Made by a program: the position numbers and the translations under genes. A model generated the notes under the pieces. It searched no databases and was not told the DNA's origin. It worked only from the letters and a program-made list of their open reading frames with translations. From positions 120,001 to 152,000 of the forward strand of contig CAVRAI010000007.1 of assembly GCA_963718915.1 (NCBI GenBank): DNA of 32,000 bases, read 5' to 3'. The stretch comes from an uncultured Chloroflexia bacterium (GTDB lineage: Bacteria; Chloroflexota; Ktedonobacteria; Ktedonobacterales; JADMIN01). Shown piece by piece: positions 25,299 to 32,000 of the stretch (position 1 is the first letter of the stretch; the number at the start of each line of letters is the position of its first letter).

Positions 25299-26528
25299 AT
25301 GCGCCGTCGTGTCTTGCTACTGATGACTTTGGGACTTGTGATGAGCATGACGGTAACGGCCTGCGGTTCATCGACTGCGAAGACCCAGCCTACAGCAACG
25401 GCCACCCATATCGGCCCGACCGCGACCAGCGCGCCTGGCACGCCGATTGGGCCAGGCGCCGTCCACCTCCAGCCATTCGTCACCGGACTGCAAAGCCCGG
25501 TCTATCTCACCTACGCGCCGGGGCAGACAGACCGCGTCTACGTCGTGGAACAAACAGGGCGTGTCCTGGTGGTAGGGATGGATGGCACGGTACGCGCGCA
25601 GCCGTTTCTGGATATCCACCAGTTGATCTCCAGTGGAGGCGAGCGCGGCTTGTTAAGCATCGCCTTCCACCCAGACTATGCGCGGAATGGCTACTTCTTT
25701 GTGGACTATACCGCCGTTGACGGTACCGTGACCGTCGCGCGCTATCAGGTCTCGCAGGGTGATCCCTATCGCGCCGACCCCGCGAGCGCGCAGACCATCC
25801 TGTCGGTAGCACATCCAGTGTCGAATCACAATGGGGGGCTGCTCGTCTTTGGCAACGACGGGTATCTTTACATCGGGATTGGCGATGGCGGGAACGGCAA
25901 CTCGGCGAACGGCCAGCGGAAGAACACCCTTCTGGGGAAGATTTTACGCATCGATGTGGACCATACCGCGTCGGGCCAGCGGTATGCCATTCCGTCCGAC
26001 AACCCTTTCGTCAGCCAGGCGGGAGCGCGCCCGGAGATATGGGCCTATGGGCTGCGGAATCCCTGGCGCTTCAGCTTCGACCGCGCTACCCATGACCTCT
26101 TTATCGGCGACGCGGGCCAGAACGCGGTCGAGGAGATCGATTACCAGCCCGCCGCGAGCGCGGGTGGCCAGAACTACGGCTGGGCCATCTACGAGGGCAA
26201 CACCTGTTTCGTTGGTAGCGCCGCCTGCTCAACCGGAGGGCTGACCGCTCCTGTCTCAACCTACAGACATGTGGATGGCAGCTGCGTCGTCGTCGGCGGC
26301 TACGTCTACCGTGGCCAGCGTTATCCCAGCCTGACTGGAGCCTATTTCTATGGCGATGCTTGCAGTGGCAGGATCTGGACGTTCCCGGCTGCCGATGCGC
26401 GAGACGGCCATGTCACGGTCCAGCAGGTACTGGATACGCCACTCTCAATTTCGTCATTTGGCGAAGATGCTAGCGGAGAACTGTACGTGGTCAGTCTGAA
26501 TGGAAGCATCTCTCGTATCACCGGGTGA
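25299..26528 (+). CDS. PQQ-dependent sugar (glucose/sorbosone) dehydrogenase-like beta-propeller lipoprotein
   Basis: Signal peptide with lipobox (LVMSMTVTACGSS). Soluble GSDH-family motifs: GERGLLSIAFHPDY, HNGGLLVFGNDGYLYIGIGDGG, LGKILRIDVD, IWAYGLRNPWRFSFD. Confidence 0.82.
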   Translation: MRRRVLLLMTLGLVMSMTVTACGSSTAKTQPTATATHIGPTATSAPGTPIGPGAVHLQPFVTGLQSPVYLTYAPGQTDRVYVVEQTGRVLVVGMDGTVRAQPFLDIHQLISSGGERGLLSIAFHPDYARNGYFFVDYTAVDGTVTVARYQVSQGDPYRADPASAQTILSVAHPVSNHNGGLLVFGNDGYLYIGIGDGGNGNSANGQRKNTLLGKILRIDVDHTASGQRYAIPSDNPFVSQAGARPEIWAYGLRNPWRFSFDRATHDLFIGDAGQNAVEEIDYQPAASAGGQNYGWAIYEGNTCFVGSAACSTGGLTAPVSTYRHVDGSCVVVGGYVYRGQRYPSLTGAYFYGDACSGRIWTFPAADARDGHVTVQQVLDTPLSISSFGEDASGELYVVSLNGSISRITG

Positions 26529-26544
26529 GCGCCTGTTGTCTTTC

Positions 26545-26572
26545 GCTTTGTCGCTTTGTCGCTTTGTCGCTT
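26545..26572. repeat. 8-bp tandem repeat GCTTTGTC x3.5
   Basis: Units at 26545, 26553 and 26561, plus a partial unit at 26569. It lies immediately downstream of the dehydrogenase stop. Confidence 0.8.
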
Positions 26573-26933
26573 CTAGCCGTACAAACGCTCCATACGATTT
26601 CTCTGGCGTTGCTCAAAAACGTTCCCCTCAGGATCCCAAGATGTGAGGAACGCCTCGTATGGCGCAAACATGGCGCAATCATAGCGGGCGCTCGTACCAG
26701 GGCTAGGGGAAAACTCACCCTTCGGCCAGCCCAAAAACCCCCTGGCGGACTCACCCTTCATGCGGGGCACATCTGATTCCCTTCGTCTACGCTGAATATG
26801 TGCGTCCCCGTCACACTCTGCTGCGAGAAGCTCATAACACACGAAACGACAGCCCCACGCAGAGGTTATCGGACGGACGACGGTGGGAGCCGACACCCAT
26901 ATGAGAGCGAATCACAGGAGAGGAAGCACCCCC

Positions 26934-28383
26934 ATGGTTACCAAAGTGCAGGCAACCGCCAAAGAAACCGCGCAGGAGACCGCCCAGCCCGCGGCGCCGG
27001 TTCCGGTCGATACCCGCAAGCAAGCGACAGATGTAAAGTCGACGACCGTGGAGGAGCGTATGGCGCGTGGGCGCGCGCTGCGCTCCAGAGTGCCACGCAG
27101 CAGCCATGCATTCTGGGCGGAGACTCCAGATCGTCCTGATCCTGTCGCGCTCCTCGTATCCCAGGAGGTGACGCGCGAGCAGGAGTTGATCCCCATCCGG
27201 CACGCCCGCATGCGCGTCTCGGCGTTTTCCTTCTACCGCGGATCAGCTATCGTGATGGCCGAGGACCTGGCCCGAACGCCGATGACAGGCATACGGACGC
27301 AGTTGTGCGGCGATGCGCATATCTCCAATTTTGGCCTGTACGCCTCGCCTGAGCGTACCGTGCTCTTCGACATCAACGACTTCGATGAGACATTACCAGG
27401 ACCATGGGAGTGGGATGTCAAACGACTGGCAGCGAGCGCCTATATCGCCGGACGTGACAACGGCTTCCCCGAGGCGGAGTGCCGCGAGGCCAGTCTGGGC
27501 GCTGTGCGCTCGTATCGGTAGCGTATGGCTCAGTTCGCCACCATGGGATTTTTGGAGGTGTGGTATTCCCATGTCACCGCCGACGATCTGCTTGCCCTGA
27601 TTCAAGATCAGAAAGCGCAGAAGCGCGCGCAAAAGGTGCTGGGCAAAACCCGCCAGCGCAACAGCATACAGGCGCTCTCGAAACTGACCGAGGAGGTGAA
27701 TGGGCAGCGTATCATCGCTAACGACCCCCCGCTCGTCATGCGCATAACGGCGGAAAACGGTCGGAGTCCAGTTGCAGGGGCTGTTCGACACCTACCTGGG
27801 GACGTTACGCGGCGCCCAGCGGCGTCTGCTCGATCGCTACCGTGTCGTCGATTTCGCGAGCAAGGTCGTTGGCGTGGGCAGCGTCGGTACCCGCTGCTTC
27901 ATCTTGCTGTTGCTTGGGCGCGATGACAACGATCCGCTCTTCCTTCAGGTCAAGGAAGCCCCGCCGTCAGTGCTGGAGAGGCACTTGCCAAAAACCGAGT
28001 TCAAGCAACAGGGCGAGCGCGTCGTATCCGGTCAGGAGCTGATGCAGGCGGCATCCGACATTACGCTGGGCTGGCTCCGCGGCCCCGAACGAGATTTCTA
28101 TGTGCGGCAGCTTCGCGACATGAAAGGCTCGGCCGAGATCGAGAATCTGACGGCGACGCAATTGGCGTTCTGGGCGGAAGTATGTGGCTGGGCACTGGCG
28201 CGCGCCCATGCGCGTTCGGGCGATGCCGCCGAGATCGCGGGCTATCTGGGGGCGAGTGACACCTTTGACCGCGCCATCGCTACGTTTGCTGAGGCCTACG
28301 CGAATCAGGCCGAGCGTGACTATCAAGCCCTCCTGGCGGCCATTAAGTCGGGTCGCATCGTCGCCGCAACCGCAGGCGTCTGA
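26934..28383 (+). pseudogene. DUF2252-family protein gene, inactivated by an in-frame TAG and a +1 frameshift
   Basis: Three track ORFs (26883.., 27525.., 27772..) together make one DUF2252-like sequence (...RTQLCGDAHISNFG...DINDFDETLPGPWEWDVKRLAAS...KVVGVGSVGTRCFILLL...). TAG at 27519-27521 is in frame between SYR and RMAQFA. The frame changes near the A4 run at 27754-27757; removing one A gives ITAETVGVQLQGLFDTYL. The start at ATG 26934 follows AGGAGAGGAAG. Confidence 0.75.
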
Positions 28384-28427
28384 TGTGTGTCCCAACTGGG
28401 CGGTTGGCGTTCGGATCCTCCCGGACG

Positions 28428-28811
28428 TCAGCCACCCGACTCCAGCCGTTCCCGGCGCGCATGGCGCGTCACCACATACGTTTCCACGGCGACGCCAAGA
28501 ACCACCCCGAACGCCACAATCACGCCGAACCCGATAGCCAGTAACTGGTAGAAGTCGGCTGTGGATGTCGGCTGAATCTGATCGCGATCTTGAAGATCAG
28601 CCAGCAGAATCAACATCGGCGCCAGCCCAAAGCCGACGACACCGACCCACAACTCGCGCAGCCAGCCACGCACCGCGCCAATCACTACCAACGGAATACT
28701 GGCCGCGATCAGGAATATGCCAATACTCAGGAGCGCGATAATGCCCACGCCGACCATGGCCCCAACTATAAACCAGTACAATGCCTTTAATACCCTGCGT
28801 ATGGCCGTCAT
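28428..28811 (-). CDS. Small membrane protein (4 predicted TM helices), function unknown
   Basis: GAGGAGG lies 8 nt upstream of ATG 28811 (MTAIRRVLKALYWFIVGAMVGVGIIALL...). The track ORF extends to 28853 in the same frame. Confidence 0.6.
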   Translation of the reverse strand: MTAIRRVLKALYWFIVGAMVGVGIIALLSIGIFLIAASIPLVVIGAVRGWLRELWVGVVGFGLAPMLILLADLQDRDQIQPTSTADFYQLLAIGFGVIVAFGVVLGVAVETYVVTRHARRERLESGG

Positions 28812-28935
28812 CTCTGTCGCCTCCTCGCGGAACGCTACTCTTCCCACTGCCAATTGTAAGCGACCACGGCAAGGAATGCTTGTTTGCGTGGCGCCCGTAA
28901 CGCTCGTCGTAACGCTTCGGGAACGCCGCGCCAGG

Positions 28936-28941
28936 TATAAT
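28936..28941 (+). promoter_or_regulatory. Candidate -10 box, perfect TATAAT, upstream of the paralog pair
   Basis: TATAAT at 28936-28941, about 68 nt upstream of ATG 29009, in GC-rich DNA. I found no good -35. Confidence 0.3.
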
Positions 28942-29008
28942 AGGCAGCAGGGTTGTGGAGTAGGGACGCGACCTTCAGACTGAGCTATACCGGATAGGGA
29001 GAGATCTG

Positions 29009-30280
29009 ATGGCGCGCATAGTCTCCGATGTCATAGTGAGCAATGAGACTGAGCTGAGGCTCACCGGTATTCCGCTACTCCTGGCGCGTGTGGGATGCTT
29101 CGCCGTCTGTATATTCTCGCTGGTGTTGTTCATACCCGGCCTCCAGCTAACCTATCAGCAGTTTCAGTCCACCTGCGCCACCGCCGACACGTGTCTTCCC
29201 GGACAACTGACCACCGCACAGGCTGCCACATTGCACGGCATGAGCATCTCGCTGGAAACTTACGCCATCTTTGAGTTGCTGTTTGCGTTGCTGACCGCAC
29301 TGGTATGGTTCGTCGTCGCGACGATCGTCCTCGTGCGCAAATCGGATAACTGGATGGTGCTGCTCATCGTCGCACAGGCATTCACGCAGGGGGCGAGCAG
29401 CGCCGTCAATGTCTTCCTGGGGAGCCACCTGGTGTGGGAGCTGCCCTCGCAACTTTTTGGCGCGCTCAACTCGATGCTGTTGTTTGCCTTCCTGGCCATG
29501 TTCCCGACAGGGCGATTTGTGCCTCGCTGGCTGCTTTGGTTTCTGATTCCTTCGCTTCTTCTTGCGCTCATCACCTCGTTTGTCCAGATACCCGATGATT
29601 TTCTCTACTTCTTGGTAGTGACGGGAACGCTCATTCTTTCTCAGGTCTATCGTTACCGTCGCGTCTCGACCCCATTACAGCGCCAACAGACCAAATGGGT
29701 CATCCTCGCGCTTGCCCTGGTTGTCGTGGGCCAGATGGCATCGCTGCTGCCAGTTGCCCTCAATCCCAGCCTGGCACAGCCAACGTCGCTCTACTTCGTG
29801 ATCATAGATCCCATCACTAACTCCCTGATTGCCCTCTGTGCGGTCGCCTTTGCCTTCGCTATATTGCGTTACCGCCTCTATGAGGTTGACGTCATCATCC
29901 GGCGCACGCTGATCTACGGCTCGTTGACCATCATCCTTGCGGGCGTCTATATCGCGGGTGTCATCGGTGTGCAGGCGCTCGTCAACACGATTGCGCCACA
30001 TCCTGGCAACGAGTCCTCGCCGGTGCTGATCGTCATCACCACATTGCTGATCGCCGCGCTGTTTCAGCCCTTGCGGCGCATGATCCAGCGCTTTATCGAC
30101 CGGCGCTTTTATCGCAGCAAATACGACACCCGCAAGACGCTCGAAGCGTTCAGCGCGACGCTCCGCCAGGAGGTGGACCTCTCGACACTCACCGGACAAT
30201 TGGTAAGCGTCGTCACCGAGACGATGCAGCCGGAACACGTCTCGCTCTGGCTGCGTGAGAGGGAGAGGCGCTCATCATGA
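29009..30280 (+). CDS. Polytopic membrane protein with conserved cytoplasmic C-terminal module (RRFYRSKYD...QPEHVSLWL), paralog 1
   Basis: 423 aa with AGGGAGAG as RBS. It has about 8-9 hydrophobic helices and an extracytoplasmic Cys-containing loop after TM1 (CATADTC). The C-terminal part of about 130 aa is near-identical to paralog 2. I see no recognisable output or enzymatic domain. Confidence 0.8.
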   Translation: MARIVSDVIVSNETELRLTGIPLLLARVGCFAVCIFSLVLFIPGLQLTYQQFQSTCATADTCLPGQLTTAQAATLHGMSISLETYAIFELLFALLTALVWFVVATIVLVRKSDNWMVLLIVAQAFTQGASSAVNVFLGSHLVWELPSQLFGALNSMLLFAFLAMFPTGRFVPRWLLWFLIPSLLLALITSFVQIPDDFLYFLVVTGTLILSQVYRYRRVSTPLQRQQTKWVILALALVVVGQMASLLPVALNPSLAQPTSLYFVIIDPITNSLIALCAVAFAFAILRYRLYEVDVIIRRTLIYGSLTIILAGVYIAGVIGVQALVNTIAPHPGNESSPVLIVITTLLIAALFQPLRRMIQRFIDRRFYRSKYDTRKTLEAFSATLRQEVDLSTLTGQLVSVVTETMQPEHVSLWLRERERRSS

Positions 30281-30774
30281 ACAGGCGCGCCACCCTACAG
30301 ATGCACACCGACATTCCCCCGGCGCCCCCATCCGACGATTCGACACGCCTGCATGGCTGGCTCCTCGTGGTCGTGCGTGCGGCGGTATTTGCCGTTGTAG
30401 CGCTCACGCTCGTGGTCTATGCGGTGGCGCTTCCTGGGTTCGTGCCGCGCATGTCTATTCCCTGTAACGATGCGGTCAATGTCTGTCTGATCACGCCAGA
30501 GCAGGTTGCTCCACTGGCACGGCTTGGCATTACTCCCTATGGGCTGGCTGTAGCAGTTGTCATCCTTTCATGCGTGGCCATCTTGCTGGTTGCGAGCGTG
30601 GCGGCAGTATTGCTCTGGCGGCGTTCCGACGACTGGATGGCGTTGCTCGTCGCCCTGACGCTCATTCTCATGCCTGCAGTCTTTACACCCATTGGGCAGG
30701 GCCTTCCCGCAAACTGGCAGGGTGTGGGCCAGATCTATAGCACAGCCACTTTTATCTACGCTCTTATCTGCTGA
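30277..30774 (+). CDS. Paralog 2 of the polytopic membrane protein, N-terminal piece (gene split or frameshifted at 30772-30776)
   Basis: ATGA overlap with paralog 1, with GAGAGGGAGAGG as RBS. Its architecture parallels the paralog 1 N-terminus (TM1, then Cys loop CNDAVNVC, then TMs). It ends ...ATFIYALIC* where paralog 1 continues. Confidence 0.65.
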   Translation: MNRRATLQMHTDIPPAPPSDDSTRLHGWLLVVVRAAVFAVVALTLVVYAVALPGFVPRMSIPCNDAVNVCLITPEQVAPLARLGITPYGLAVAVVILSCVAILLVASVAAVLLWRRSDDWMALLVALTLILMPAVFTPIGQGLPANWQGVGQIYSTATFIYALIC

Positions 30775-31568
30775 TGGGCCTCTTCCCCAGCGGGCGCTTC
30801 GTGCCGCGCTGGCTCTGGGCGCCCATGCTCCTCGAAATACTCGCCACGCAGACGCCTCTTGGGATGTACTTAGGCGTCCTCGACCTGTTCCTGATTCTTA
30901 TCGCCTATGGCTGCGTCATTGGTGGCCAGATCTATCGCTATCGCCACCGCTCCTCGCCCGTGCAGCGCCAGCAGACGAAATGGGTTGTCTCTGGGATTAT
31001 CCTCACCCTGGTGGCGAATCAGTTGTTCTGGCAGCCCGCCGCGTGGATCCCCGCGCTCCAACAGCCAGACTCGCTCTACATACTCCTCGCGGGGCCGGAT
31101 AGCTTCCTGATGATCTGCATCCTGGCGATCTCGTTCGGCGTCGCCATCCTGCGCTATCGCCTCTACGATATCGACGTCATCATCCGGCGGACACTAATCT
31201 ATGGCTCGCTCACGGCCATTCTGGCAGGCGTCTACATTGCGGGCGTGATTGGCGTCCAGTCTCTTGTCAACACCATCGCACGCGCCCCCAGCGGAGAAAC
31301 CTCGCCGGTGCTGATCGTCATCACCACATTGCTGATTGCCGCGCTGTTTCAACCCTTACGGCGTATGATCCAGCGGTTCATCGACCGCCGGTTCTACCGC
31401 AGCAAGTACGATACGCGCAAAACCCTTGAGGCTTTCAGCGCGACATTGCGCCAGGAGGTAGATTTATCTACGTTGACAGGGCAATTGGTAACTGTGGTCA
31501 CCGAGACGATGCAGCCGGAGCATATCTCGCTCTGGATACGCGATAGAGACGCCACTCACACTCGCTGA
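30774..31568 (+). CDS. Paralog 2 of the polytopic membrane protein, C-terminal piece
   Basis: Its ATG overlaps the upstream TGA (TGATG). MGLFPSGRFVPRW aligns with AMFPTGRFVPRW of paralog 1. The C-terminal module is near-identical at protein level despite many synonymous DNA differences. Confidence 0.7.
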   Translation: MGLFPSGRFVPRWLWAPMLLEILATQTPLGMYLGVLDLFLILIAYGCVIGGQIYRYRHRSSPVQRQQTKWVVSGIILTLVANQLFWQPAAWIPALQQPDSLYILLAGPDSFLMICILAISFGVAILRYRLYDIDVIIRRTLIYGSLTAILAGVYIAGVIGVQSLVNTIARAPSGETSPVLIVITTLLIAALFQPLRRMIQRFIDRRFYRSKYDTRKTLEAFSATLRQEVDLSTLTGQLVTVVTETMQPEHISLWIRDRDATHTR

Positions 31569-31585
31569 GCAAGAGAGGAACCCGT

Positions 31586-32000
31586 GTGCGGGACCAACAG
31601 CATCCTGGCGTGGCGCATGCCCATGTCTTCTGGATCGGTGGCTCGCCCTGCGCGGGCAAAACCTCCATCGCGGACGCCCTGGCCGCGAAGTATCAGGGCA
31701 ACGTCTATCACTTCGACCGCATGGAGAAGAACCACATCGCACGCTCCAATGAGGCGACGAACCCCGACTTGATGGCGTTTCTCGCGATGGACATGGACCA
31801 GCGCTGGCTCACCAGGTCGCCAGATGCGATGGCCCGCAATGCCATTGCTTCCTGGCAGGCCCGCTTTCCGCTCGTACTCGAAGATGTGCGCGCGTTGCCC
31901 ATGAACATCCCACTCTTTGCCGAAGGGCCAGGACTGTTTCCAGAATGTGTCGCTCCCCTGCTGATCAATCCTCAGCAGGCAGTCTGGCTTGTGACCACAG
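31586..32000 (+). CDS. P-loop NTPase / kinase-like protein (partial, runs off right window edge)
   Basis: Own translation; not in the track because there is no stop in the window. GTG 31586 follows AGAGAGGA. Reads VRDQQHPGVAHAHVFWIGGSPCAGKTSIADALAAKYQGNVYHFDRMEKNHI... with Walker A GSPCAGKT. The frame is open to 32000. Confidence 0.6.
   Translation, partial: MRDQQHPGVAHAHVFWIGGSPCAGKTSIADALAAKYQGNVYHFDRMEKNHIARSNEATNPDLMAFLAMDMDQRWLTRSPDAMARNAIASWQARFPLVLEDVRALPMNIPLFAEGPGLFPECVAPLLINPQQAVWLVTT

Noticed and set aside
26573-26896. 107-aa minus-strand ORF whose C-terminal third (…GTSARYDCAMFAPYEAFLTSWDPEGNVFEQ…) faintly resembles the end of a glyoxalase/VOC-fold protein.
   Set aside because: The N-terminal two-thirds is junk-like and there is no RBS. 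The similarity rests on a DPEGN-type motif only. At best it is a decayed remnant.

Overview
GC-rich bacterial chromosomal segment. The protein style suggests a Chloroflexota/Ktedonobacteria-like or similar GC-rich host, but I cannot verify that here.

**1-18.9 kb** is mostly housekeeping and transport:
- ffh.
- A thyX-tmk operon, followed by an orphan ORF with a phosphoribosyltransferase-like motif.
- A TM2-domain protein plus an acidic ORF that may be a split gene.
- An ABC-2 exporter pair.
- A Nudix hydrolase.
- An orphan family-5 solute-binding lipoprotein.
- A translationally coupled cluster: UbiB/ABC1 kinase, a polytopic membrane protein, then ecfA1-ecfA2-ecfT.

**18.97-25.07 kb** is an IS-bounded island of foreign composition:
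- A frameshifted IS701-like element carries a nested IS3-family element (4-bp GAAC target duplication).
- The cargo is visibly more GC-rich. It holds an ECF sigma factor with a fused C-terminal domain, a small TM ORF and an MFS transporter.
- The far end is an inverted, truncated second IS701-like copy.
- Both outer termini are flanked by ATAA.

**25.3-32 kb** holds:
- A PQQ-dependent sugar dehydrogenase lipoprotein.
- A decayed DUF2252 gene (in-frame TAG plus a frameshift).
- A small membrane protein.
- Two tandem paralogous polytopic membrane proteins with diverged N-terminal halves and near-identical C-terminal modules. The second is split at a TGATG overlap.
- A partial P-loop NTPase.

I recognised no rRNA, tRNA or CRISPR array. 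I found no canonical defence-system signature (no RT, Cas, helicase-nuclease or TIR).

The candidates most worth follow-up are the IS-bounded island, the tandem membrane-protein paralogs, the PRTase-like orphan after thyX-tmk, and a 525-bp hairpin-rich non-coding gap next to ffh. All coordinates, frames and motif calls were done by eye. No database search was possible.
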